Both the position numbers and the translations under genes were made by a program. Of a DNA stretch of 64,000 bases, positions 34,914-46,825 are shown one piece after another (within the stretch, counting starts at the first letter, position 1; each line of letters opens with the position of its first letter). Under the pieces are notes generated by a model. That model saw nothing but the letters and a program-made list of their open reading frames with translations, had not been told where the DNA came from and ran no database searches. The DNA lies in the NCBI GenBank assembly GCA_010909165.1, contig MU008156.1, forward strand, positions 930,001 through 994,000, in the 5' to 3' direction. Source of the DNA: Anthoceros angustus. Taxonomy: Eukaryota; Plantae; Anthocerotophyta.

Positions 34914-37275
34914 GCCAAATGGACACACATTTATAAGAACGTGCTATTAAGCACCCAGCGCTGGATCAGTACTTGGATGGGGTGCTTATAGGGAGTGGAT
35001 GCCCTTGGTGCTAGTAGCTTAGGCACATCATGGTACAAGTTGTCAATATGGTACAAGTTGTCAATATGGGGTGCCTAGAGGGAATCGATGCCCTTAGCGC
35101 TAGTAGCTTAGGCAGACCATGGTACAAGTTGTCAAGTACCAAGTCCCATGATGGAAATTCGTGGACTTACAATGTCTTCTTCTTTTTCTATATGAAAAGG
35201 AGGTAAATAAAGTCATTTCGTAAATGAAAGGGAGGTAAATCAAGGAGACATGAAAACAAGTGGATAGAGAGAAGGAAACTTATTGGACATAGTTGGCTGT
35301 ATGTACATGATTAACAGCCTTAAACAAACACAATGAGTGCTCATGTGTAGTCAAGTTTAATCACTATACGTATGATAAATTTCGTTGTTTATTGCCAACT
35401 TGTTCTTATCGCGTTGGTTACTGCCTGTTTGTTTATGCTAATGGATGCAAAAGATGGCTCCAACCGTGGCAAGTCCCAACATCCAGCTTTACAACATTCC
35501 ATTGCCAGTGTCGGCCGACTTCCAGGACTTGGGAGGTGGCTTGAACAATGCCAATGGAGTATTCCCTTTACCGGACACGGTAAGATTTATTCCACTGGTG
35601 GCTTTCGATGGAAGCGCTGCTGTTTTGGTGTGAAGCATGTGGCTGCACCGGTAAGAGCACGTACAGATCTAGTGGATTGTGCATGTCCTCCTGTGATGTG
35701 CATAGCGCTGTTGGATGAAACGGTGACGCTGTTGTGCGTCGACGGTAAGATGGTGTGCATTGCTGGATGAGCACGGGATGGCAGGTTGATGTTGATCGTA
35801 GACGGTTACCCTCAGACCAGCTGTGATGTACCTCACCCTGATTCTGCAAGCGTGGTTGCCTATGTGTGTGTTTTCGTGGCAATCGTTCGTGGCAATCGTT
35901 TCACAACAAACGAAGTGAGTGCGTGTGATGTCCGTGTTTCGGAAGCAAACGTTGAAGTCCCTGGTCGACAAATTCAATGCAGGTCTTGTGTTGTTGGTTC
36001 GTGTATGATGCATGGGAAAGCGCATCGTCACCTCATATGTGTAGCTCTGTCAACTAACAGGCACCGAAATTTCTTGACAACTGGAGCTTGCGTGCAAATG
36101 GACACGTTGTGTGGGCGGAAGCGGAAGGAGGCCGTGAAATTCAAGCTGGCCCACGGCTTCAATATTTTTTCCAACCAGACAGTGTACACGACTCCCAAGA
36201 GGCTCTGTCGACAGACTCAGCACCAGGTGCTGGGCGCGTTGCACGGCTAGCATCTGCATTGAACGACATTTGGGCAGGCCACTTTGTTGCCGGAGGCGGG
36301 CAGCGGGGTTCACCACCCTGTTGTTGCAAAATATGGTGGATGCAGTTGTGGAAACGATGGAGAACAGGGAGCTGGTGCAAGCATTGATCCGCAAACGTGG
36401 AGTGCCATGGATTAAATTAAAGAAGAACTGGAACAACAACACGCAGGAGGGCCGGCGAAAGGGGCGAAGGTGAAGCCCCTCCTGTATGGGGGCTTGAGTG
36501 CACCCAGACACATGATGTTCCTTAAAGTCATTCGATCGAAACGTGCTATTTATTAGATCCAAATTCGGCTAGTACACCAAGACACGAAACAATCGGTATG
36601 TGGACGCGGCGAAAGCTCGTGCAAGGGAGCGGAACCGGCTGAAAAAGGACCTGGCAGAAGAGTTGAAGCCCCCAATAGTAGATTTTTTTTTTAATTTGGT
36701 ATTTTGAAAATAAATCAAAACAACCCCGGGGGAGAAATCTTCAGCAAGGGTTCTGATTCCCCTATGTTACACATCGTATCATCCCAACAGGAAGAGACCC
36801 AATAGTAGATGACAAGGTGTGGAAGGAGCCCTAGCTCCCTATGTTACACATCGTATCATCCCAACAGGAAGAGACCCAATAGTAGATGACAAGGTGTGGA
36901 AGGAGCCCTAGCTCGTGAGTTGGGCCAGGGTCGAACTGCGACAACATGGCAATTTTTTGCCATCCACGGCACAGCTTGCTGCTCAGGCCCGACTTGAGAA
37001 ATCTAAGGGAGAAGGGCCGAATCCATTGCGCGCGACCACATTGATGTGGGCGTGCGGGTTAGGTTTCCAAGTTTGAAGAAGAAGAAGAAGAATTTTATTG
37101 AAGCCCACTAAGGACGGATTTCCGTCATGGGACTTGGTACGTGACAACTTGTACCATGGTGTGCTTAAGCTACTTGCACCAAGGGCATCCATTCCCTTCA
37201 GGCACCCCATCTAAGTATCGATCTAATCGTAGGATGCTTAATAATAACATTCTTATAAATGTGTGTCCATTTGGC
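34914..37275. mobile_element. Non-autonomous element with long (~160-bp) terminal inverted repeats and unidentified internal sequence
   Basis: 34914-35161 versus the reverse complement of 37117-37275: first 26 bp identical (GCCAAATGGACACACATTTATAAGAA), then high similarity. The left arm contains internal duplications. No clear TSD; outer boundaries uncertain. Confidence 0.75.
36760..36914. repeat. 77-bp perfect tandem duplication
   Basis: CCCTATGTTACACATCGTATC...GGAGCCCTAGCT occurs twice with period 77. Confidence 0.95.
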
Positions 37276-38159
37276 ATGGGAGGCGGTGGATGTCCATTAT
37301 GGTGTTCACATCAATGGCATACTAGCTTTTTACTCTTTCAATATCTATGACATCAAGTACATTATGCGTTGGAACAACAATCTGAATAAATCGGAAGAAG
37401 TGCTCAATCAGAAGAAGTGCTCAGTGTAGAGAGGATATATAGGGGACATATATATGGATTGACATCACCTTTATTTCTTTTCTTCAAGATAGTGTCATTA
37501 GCATTGGTATCACTTCGACTTATTTTTTACAAGACAGTAGTATCTACAACAACAATATCATCTCCACTACAAGTGATTTTCAGGACATCGACATTTGCTA
37601 CTCTATAGACAATCATCGGCACTACCATCAGCTCGACTTCTATTCTCCTCCCTAGCTCCCTTAACTTTTTAGTGGCATGCTTCTTTCGTTTTAGCTAGAT
37701 TGCAAGAGCAACTAGTGGAAGTGAATAATTCTTCTAGAAAATCCCAGTCTTCCTCGCGAGATATCTATATTGTGCCCAAGACTTTGCTTAAGTTAGGACT
37801 ATCATAATTTTAATATTTATTATAAGATGATTAAATTTGTAGAAAAGAGTGTTACTAGACATATTACACTAGCTTACTAGACTTACTATCCTCTTAGGGC
37901 TGCATTTGCATATCACTTGAATAATCAGCACTTAACACGCCATGGAGCAAGTTGCTGAGTACCATGAACTCAATGCTTGGGTCATGTTTCGGAAGGTATC
38001 CTAGAGGTTGATCATCAATTGTGTATGATGCTCTTATGTTGAGGTGTCGCCACTCTCCTCTTCACAATCATTTCTCCTTATTTTCTTTACTATATTTGGA
38101 TGCATTTTTTAATTGCAACAAACTATTGGATTGAGGCATTGATCATCATTGGGAGTGAG

Positions 38160-38385
38160 AACAAAACATCTAAGCTCGCAAGTCAACAAGTCAGTGTGAA
38201 GCATGCAAAAAAGTATTGGAAAATGAAATATGTATAAAATTTTGTGGTGTCATAAAAACAAGGTATTGGGAGCAACAACAGAACATCTAAGCTCAGAGGT
38301 CGATAAGTCAGTGTGAAGCATGCACAAAAGTGCCAAAAAATAAAATATTTATAAAATTTTGTGGTGTTGTGAAAACAAGAGTGAC
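38160..38385. repeat. Degenerate ~117-bp tandem duplication
   Basis: ACATCTAAGCTC...AAGTCAGTGTGAAGCATGCA...ATAAAATTTTGTGGTGT recurs at about 38166 and 38283. Confidence 0.8.
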
Positions 38386-38905
38386 ACCCTGCATGCTAGT
38401 TCTTTGCATGTTAGTTTCATGTATCTAACATGTTTCCAAACGCGAAAAAACCACTTCATAAGAATGAAGCAAGGGTTTAAGAGTTCCTTAGGTACCAATC
38501 CTAACTTAGGAGAAACCAAATTTGTGTCTATTATTATATTTTCATCACATCAAGGGACACCAAAGGATATCAAAATGATCTGAGATATATTACAAAAAAT
38601 ACAAGTTATTGAATCATAATATCAAACTAAAAACTAGATTAACATTCTTTAATTTATATAAAGATACAATATTTTGATATCATCTCTAAAAATTGAGATA
38701 GGTAACCAAAAGAATTAAAAGCATGTCTTAACAATTGGAATAGAGCTAATACTGACCACAATAATGACTCCTTGATATCCACCTTTGAAACACCCCTTCC
38801 ACTTGGTCATATCAATTGTAATCAACAGTTCTATTTGTCAAGGCATGTAGTCATATTTTTATGACTAATCCAAACACAATGTTTACACTGCTTAATAATA
38901 CAGGT

Positions 38906-41900
38906 CTAGTAAATTTTCCAGAAAGGTTTTCTTTTATATGAGGCAGCAGAAGGTGCCCTTTTAGGGAGTATATCCCCAAAATTATCAACCTCAATCAATG
39001 GTTCATCTCGTTTATCATTGGTTTGAGATAACTCAGATTTTAATAGTGCAGCATAGCGCGATCCAACACAATAACGATCTTTTGTGATCCTACTCTTATT
39101 CCATAAACAGACATTGTTGGGTTGAGCTTCTGCGCAACATCCAGAATTCGAGACAGGCTCTATCCTAAGACCATAATTTTTAGAAAATTGGGCCACACAA
39201 CTTTCAGGCTCCATCTTTCTTTTCCAACCATTTTGACAAGGTGAAACAAAAACTGAGGGAAAAGAAGCCCTTATGTTTAATTGATCTACTCGTTTCCCCC
39301 TACTCATCAGTTGCTTCCTAGCTTTGTTTAATGCTAAATCTAAGATATTGCTTACATGCCAAAGAGAATTTAAATAATTTTTAATACAACCCCTCCTATC
39401 TATACTACCACGGAATACATGCCACTCATTTTTGCCACCCGTATAACTACTCATTGCTTCCTCCACTCTTATCTGCAACGAAAACAAGGAAGCAAACTCT
39501 AATCATATGATAAAGGTAAACAAAAAGGTGTGTGGATTTAAATTCATAAAAATATATCTTTTTTTTGAGATGTATCTATATTATTACATGATTTTGGAGA
39601 GCTTTGATTTCATTTTGAAGCATATTTTCAAATTCTTCAAGCTCTTGTTGCAAAGATGTCTACAAATGAGAATACAAGCAATTAGGATGAATAAAGTCAT
39701 ATCCATCACATCTCTGCACATTTATAAAGTCTACACATTCACATTAAGATTAACTATCATGCCATGACGTATGCAACTTACATAGAAAATAATGTTGATA
39801 TTCAACTTGTAATATTATCAATTATAGTAAAAGTATATCTACCAACCTGAAGCATTCGCAAAGCTCTAGATGTAAAGGTGGGGCAAAGACCATGCATTGA
39901 TACAATATCACTTTTTGCCACCCTACTAGGCCCATAGAGTAGCTGTGAATCCTTCTCCATTCCAGGAGTAATATGCATGTTAGGAACCTTTCCATAATGG
40001 AGCTGGTTGGGAGGCCCACCTTTTTGATAGAATTTAAGTACTTGATAGGGTTTCGTCATTTGCTTCAATGCAACTAAAGCTTCAGCATTACCAACCTTTA
40101 CATAGTAAGGAACATAAGGATCCTTAGGATCATTATAGGTAGGCTCTACTTTTACCAAGTTGGAAAATCGATTTTTGATGGAAAAATTTTTCTTATCTCT
40201 CCTTTTCTTACGAGTAATTCGTCGCCAATGGAAAAAGCATCTCTCCATCTTTTTCCTATCAGCAACTCTACGAATCCACCAAGGCAAGGAGGCTAATAAC
40301 TTATTGGAGGTTGATTTTAACACATCGTTGTCTGAATCGATCTTAGAAATTTTTGCAAAAGTGTTCCATGCAGACTCCACTACTTTCACCAAGTTCTGCT
40401 CCCGTAGAATTTTTTGACCATAGTTGTGTTTGTCCGATAATTTTGAATGTTGCTTCCTAATTTTAAGATTATATTGTTCACTTTCTGCTTGTAAGTGTTT
40501 CTTCAACACATTCCAACTTGACAATTGTTTCATTAATTGATCTGCCCGAGCTGCAGCAGCAGCCCATCTCCATTTCCAAGCTATCCATCTTTTCCAATGG
40601 CCCCACTCCTTGCGCCTCGTGTATAAAGTTTGAGGACCATTTTGCATGTAGCATGGCTTCCATTTGGAATGTGAAGCCATTTTACTTCTGTCTCTAGACC
40701 AAGGTGCATGTAACTCATAGCCAAAGTTATTTGAATTGGAATTGTTCCTATTGCAAGGTCTAAATTGACTCTCTATGCCTAAAGAGTCCAAACCATAAAC
40801 CCCATAGTTTTTCATGAATCCAACCATTTGATTTCTTTGAATTTCAGCCGCTGCATTTATATCATTCATATAGACACCTTTTGGGAGTGAAGAAGTGATA
40901 AGATTTTTAGAGTTCTCACTCTTAGTTTCTTGTTTCTTTTCCTCCTTATTGCAATCATATGTGCACTTTGCTCTTGCTGGGAAAAACTTGCCAGTTTGTC
41001 TTGCCACAGTAAAGTCGTTTTCCAGTTCATTTTCCAACTCTTTCATGTGATTTGATAATTTTGCTACATGATTAACCATCTCAGAAGCCATATGTCCAGA
41101 TGTTTTCACTTGATTCTCCACTACAACAGCTTGTTTCAATTGTAATTCCTAATATAAATTACAAAATTCTCATTTCGAGGTTTGAAATAAGAACCCTATA
41201 TTAAATTAAAATCACATATATTTATCACAATTTTTTTCTTTTTCTAACCTCTGCTCGATGTGATACAAGATCAAGTTGTCCCATTGCAGTATGAAGTTGA
41301 AGAAGCACACACTCCTTGTCATCAAGTAGTTCATGATATTGTTCTGTTAAACTTGCAAGCTCCATCTGCATAATATGAAATTTCATTCTTTGAAAAAAAT
41401 TGTAAATATGTATATATAAGTGTAGGTGATGGTGTTTAGTAATAGTGCTTGGTGGTCAAAGTGAGTGATTTATTTTTAACATCTGCAAGAAGAAAAGTAT
41501 TGAACATTAATACGGTGAATTGAGTAATCAACATGATACCTCAGGATAGGCATTAAAATTGTGTGTGTACAGTTTGAACATGTGCATTCCAAAATTTCGT
41601 TGTGCATCTAATTAGTATATTTTAAAAATATTTTAATGATCAAATATGGCAATGTACTTCTAGGTTTAAAATTGATTATCTATATTGAATTTAATCTTGG
41701 TATAGTAATAATAGATTAAGTTTTAGAATGTGACAGTAATTTTTAAGGAAGAAAAGAAATCTTACTTCTAGCTGTGTTTTCTCCATATTTACTTCTTGAA
41801 ATTGAAATTGAAGATTTTTTAATTGATTCTTAAGCTTAGTTATTAATAAGGTAGTATTATCCTCTATAGATGTTTCGGCTTCGGCAATAACTGCAAAATG

Positions 41901-43284
41901 TTGATTTGAAGCTGCATCACCAACCTCACTTGCTCTGCAAGCAAGCTGACAAATTCAAAGAAACTTAAATATAGACAACTAATTGCTAGAAAAGTAATAT
42001 TCTTGTGATCAAGTAAACAAAATTTGTTGCAACTAGATTCAATTCATGTGTGATGCTTATGCTTTTAAGAACCATCCCAAGATATAGACAGACCTTGTTT
42101 GAAGTAATTACAGCTTTGTGGACAGGACAAGCACTCTTTTTTGGTCCCTGAACACATATGACACAAGAAGCTATATTTTGATCGTCTTGTATAGGATTCA
42201 ACTTCCTTTGTAGCCATTGAATCTCTTGATCAGCAAGTTTAAGCTCTCCTTCTGCTGATCCTGCCCTTTGATGTGCCTTAGTAGTTTCTTGTTGAGAAGG
42301 TGCGATCTAATCATGCACATAGACTCCTTGGGTTATAATTATCAGTCAAGAGACATGAAAGTTGGTTTTGTAAGTACAATGTAAGTAGCTTCAGGTTTTC
42401 CTTCTTTTAACTCACTAGGTGTTCTTGCCAATTCAGTTTCCGCAGCTCCCTACTGAACACTTTCTACATACAAAACATAGCATTAAGAAAAATAACAAGA
42501 ATGTGCAACCAATAATTGATCATTTGAAGAAGTCACAAAAAAAACTTAGAAATAAATGACTTGGACCAAAAGGGGTTTTGGTTTGTACTTTTAATTGGTA
42601 ATGGCGCCATCTTTGAAAGGCAAGCACTGCTGCTACTAACTTCTCCGACGACACCTTTGTTTTCTCCTGGGCCTGGAGTGCTTGCACCTGGAAGGCCTGC
42701 ACCTGGAGGGCCTGTACTTTGGAGGGTTCGGTCTCTCCTTCTCTTGAATCAAAAAGGCTACTCTTTTTCGAGGATGAACATGTTTGGAGGTGGGATATAA
42801 ATGTGTGATCCGATGCACTGCAGGGCCCACTAGAGTTTTGATCACTTGAAGTCCTGATTGAGTCGTCTGCAATAATTGTGTTCCACACATGAAGGGGCTG
42901 AGTAGAATTGTTTGGAGTAGACTTGCAAGAGTAGTTGTAATGCGGACTCCATAAATACATGGGCCTAGCAAAATCAGTTGCAATAGATTTCTTGTTGCGA
43001 GTGGTATGTGGCATAATGCATCCCTTAGCATTTTCCTTTTTACCCTTACAAGATGAGCTTGGTGAACTCTGATTTGATGATAAGAGGGAATTGTTTTTAC
43101 ATGTTGATTGCACTTGGTCTTTCGTGATATTTGGACTCTTTTTCGTTTTCTTGCTCTCACCATAACTTTGAAACGCCTTTGCACTCTTTAAAAGAGACTT
43201 TATGGAATCCTCATCACCATGATGTTCGGAGCTTTGTAATCTCGAGGATCTCACATTCGAATTTGAGCCTCTCCTTATTTCCAT
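38906..43284 (-). CDS. Uncharacterised multi-exon coiled-coil protein (about 1,000 aa) with Trp-containing basic amphipathic motifs
   Basis: Long ORFs at 42520-43284, 39802-41150 and 38906-39480 plus small exons near 42010-42310, 41770-41945 and 41240-41370, bounded by GT/AG in AT-rich DNA. Coiled-coil-like segments. No family recognised. Confidence 0.65.
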
Positions 43285-43734
43285 GTGCGCCAAATGGGCG
43301 CACTAGTTTTGAGGTAGTAACATCCAAGTACCCTATGTCCACATAAGTAGATACATAGTCTTTGAAATGGTTAATCATTATGGTGTCGAATCATCAGAAT
43401 TTCTCATGTAACCTCCTTAGCTCTTTTATTCCCAGCAAAAAGTGAAGTTCAACTTCAATTCCATAGAATACTTGCTCCATTTGTTCCAACATGTGTTAAC
43501 AATGTCTCATCGTATCAAGTTTAGTAGTGTCTGAAACGAAACTTGTCATCCAAGTCCTTATTGCACTACTCCCACAATGTACGACAAGATATGTAGCTGT
43601 TTTGAATGTAGGTGCTCATCATCGTTGTGAGAGGGGGAGGTTCACGTTTTGGTATTTAATCCAAAGATGGTTTTTCAGCTTACCACTACCTCATACATGA
43701 AAATACGAGGTTGACGTCGGTCATGTTGGGTTCT

Positions 43735-44300
43735 GAAAACATGAAACTGCTCTTCTTAAAACGTGAAACTGCCCTTTTGAAAACGTGAAACTGCTCTTCT
43801 GGAAATGTGAAACTGCTCTTGTGAAAAAACATGAAACTGCTCTTGAGAAAACGTAAAACTGCTCTTCTGAAAACGTAAAACTGCTCTTGAGAAAAAACAT
43901 GAAACTGCTCTTATAAAAACGTGAAACTGCTCTTCTGGAAAAACAGGAAACTCGTCTTCTGAAAACGTGAAACTGCTCTTCTAATACGTGAAAGTCGTCT
44001 TCTGAAAACGTGAAACTGCTCTTCTAATACATGGAACTATTCTGGAACTGTAAAACTGCTCCCGAAAATGTGTAAACGAGAAACTGCTCGTCTGAAACTG
44101 CTGAACTGAAAAAGTGAGACTACTCTTCTGGAACCGATGTTCTGGAACCGTGAAACCAGCTTCTGGAGAAGTGAACTACTCTTCTGGAAACCATGTTCTG
44201 GAACCGTGATATCAGCTCCTGGAAAAGTGAACTGTTCTTCTGGAACCGTGAAACTGTGAAACCGGCTCCTGGAACAGTGATCAGAGACTGCTCTTGACTG
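43735..44300. repeat. Minisatellite, ~22-24-bp unit GAAAACGTGAAACTGCTCTTCT (about 14 copies to ~44040, then more degenerate)
   Basis: GAAACTGCTCTT recurs at intervals of about 22-25 bp. Confidence 0.92.
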
Positions 44301-44366
44301 CTGCTCACTTCTCCTCTGCAACTGGTCTTGAGGACTCTAATAGGAATTGACATGCTTGTTAAACAT

Positions 44367-44465
44367 TCCATTATCGTTTCTTCAAGGAGTGTTGCACTTC
44401 CCAGAGACATAGTATCCATTATCTTTTCTTCAAGGAGTGTTGCACTTCCCAAAGACATAGTATCC
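44367..44465. repeat. 48-bp tandem duplication
   Basis: TCCATTATC...CAAGGAGTGTTGCACTTCCC...GACATAGTA occurs twice with period 48. Confidence 0.93.
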
Positions 44466-44646
44466 GACGAGGGCTTTGCACCTTCAGGGTGGATGCACAT
44501 TATGCCGATGAGGAAGGTTGGTTAGCTATACGCACGCATGCCAAACCTGGGGACGATGTCTGCTAAGATGCTAGGACAAGAGTAGAGGAAACCCGAATTC
44601 AAAACCAGCTGCAGGAATGTTGTAAGTCTACAATGTTTAGTGATTG

Positions 44647-45466
44647 TCAATGCAGAGGAGCATATCCTTTCTCCTTCTCCCGCTCCCTGTCCCTGTCCCT
44701 GTCCGTGCGGGGATCAGGCACGACGACAGCCAGCACAGTGAACCCAGCCAGCACAGCCAGAACCAGCCCCAGCAGATTAGCCAACATGGGCTCAGCGTCG
44801 AAGTGCTTCGCCTGGCCCCGGAGCTGCAGCAGCGTCACCTTCTCCAGAATCCCGGTCTCGGCGGCCAGCACGGCGAGCGCGTACAGGCCCAGACCCCCAA
44901 TGGCGTGCCAGGGCAGGAATCCGGCCCGGAATCCGGGCCCGGCCCCGGGGTACCAGAGCACGCAGAATCCCCCGAGCCAGTGCAGGGAGAGCAGGATCCC
45001 AACCCCCAGCCCCACCCACGAGTGCAGGCTGTAGAGGTTGTCCTTGGGCGGGGAGCTCTCGTTGTGGGCGCGGAAGGCCGCCCAGATCCCGACCCACCCC
45101 AATCCCAGCGCCAGCAGCTGCATCCCAGGTGGAAGGCCTTGCGCTGCCGCCGGCTCCTCCCCGGTGCGGTGCACCAGCGCCGCCTCCCCGCCAGGACCAC
45201 GAACCCCGCCATCGCCAGCACCGGGTGCACGTTGAACACCAGGGCCGTGTTGCCTCCCCGCCATGCCAGCCCGCCCCGGTAGCGGAGCTTCCAGAAGAGC
45301 GCGAGCACGAGAGCCGCCAGGCCCAGGAGATGCACCACCAGGGCCGCCAGGGCTGGGAGCAGGGCCGGCCCCACGCGCTGGGCCGCCGGGAGATGGCTCC
45401 CGGGAGAGAGCCCGCCGGGGCTGCCGGTGCCCGCCGCGCCCGCGCTTGCCACTGCCCGCTGCCCAT
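44647..45466 (-). CDS. Cytochrome b561 (transmembrane ascorbate-dependent), intronless; apparent frameshifts at short G runs
   Basis: Four heme His motifs: FNVHPVL, KAFH, YSLHSW, LPWHA. The 5' half needs about 4 frame corrections, each at a short G/C run. Confidence 0.85.
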
Positions 45467-45708
45467 CACCTCGGTTGGGAGCGAGACATCTGGATTCCGG
45501 AAAGAGGACCTGGGAGCGTTGTTGACTGGACACAGCTTGAAGAACCCAGTATGGAAGTGGCAGGGATGCCACGTTCTGGGCGTGGACGTGGCGGGATTTG
45601 CCACTTGGCTCCGCTTCTGGAGCGACCTGTGGATGTCATGGATCCGGTGCCGGAGCCTGGGTTCCTGTCGGGAGGATCTGGGTTGCCGTGGCTTGCAGAG
45701 TGCTGGAG

Positions 45709-46783
45709 ATGAGCAGCTGCCGGGGCTTGTGGAGGGCCTTCTCTGTCTCTTCTGGGCGTCAGGGTCAGAAATCTGGCGGGAGGGTGAAGGAGTTTCAGGT
45801 GTATCGGTGGAATCCGGAGATGAGGCAGAAGCCTTACATGCAGTCTTACAAGGTGGATTTGGATGACTGCGGGCCCATGGTATGTGGAATGGGTGGTGGG
45901 TTTTGGGTGGCAGGAAGGAGGGAGGGAGAATTTCTCGTGCTGAAAGGGGAGGTTGTGGGTCTTGGGTTTGGCAGGTGCTGGATGTGCTGCAGAAGATCAA
46001 GGCCGAGAAGGATTCGACTCTTGTGTACCGGAGATCATGTCGGAGGGTGTGTGTGGGTCTTGTTCGATGAATATCAATGGGACAAACACCATTGCTTGCC
46101 TGTGCCCGGTGGATCCTGACCCCAGGACGGTGACGACCATTACCCCGTTGTCCCACATGTTTGTGATCAAGGATCTGGCGGTGGATTTCACCAATTTCTA
46201 CAACCAGTACAAGTGAGGTTTTTGGATGGAGGTTAACTAATGCTATGGAGAACAATTGTGTCTGGATGGTTGTGGTGGATCTCACCGGATGTGTGTTGCA
46301 GGACGGTGGAGCCGTGGTTGAAGACCAAACGAAGTCCTCCGGAGGGACGAGAGTACCGCCAGTCTCCAAAGGAGAGGAGGAAGCACGATGGATTGTATGA
46401 GTGCATCTTGTGCGCTTGTTGTAGCAGTGCCTGTCCGTCGTATTGGTGGAATGCTGACAGTTTCCTGGGCCCGGCTGCGCTTCTGCATGCAAGACGGTGG
46501 ATCAGTGACTCGTATGTTTCTCTCCAGCAAGCCATAGCTTGGTAGTTTTGAATTCTCTTAGACTTCTCACATTTGTTTTGGTGGAACATGTGCACTCAGG
46601 CGGGACGATTATGGCAAGGAACGAGCACTGGCTTTGACGGAGGGTGACAAGCTTTACCGTTGCCACACCATCATGAATTGTGCTCAGGTTTGTCCCAAGC
46701 GCTTGAACCCTGGGAGGGCCATCTCGGAAATCAGGAAAATGCATGTCGAAATTGCTGTCAAGGATCCCAGTGTGCTGCTTTAG
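45709..46783 (+). CDS. SDH2: Succinate dehydrogenase iron-sulfur subunit; 4 coding exons; one apparent 1-bp frameshift
   Basis: [11 protein letters not shown](R)[61 protein letters not shown] appears to be missing at 46042-46043. Confidence 0.92.
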
Positions 46784-46825
46784 GAGGGACAGTGGCCTTG
46801 TCCGGCTGAGGATTGTTCCAGTTGA

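Noticed and set aside
44644-46492. Long overlapping ORFs (566 aa minus; 212 and 245 aa plus)
   Set aside because: Shadow frames of the very GC-rich b561 and SDH2 coding regions.
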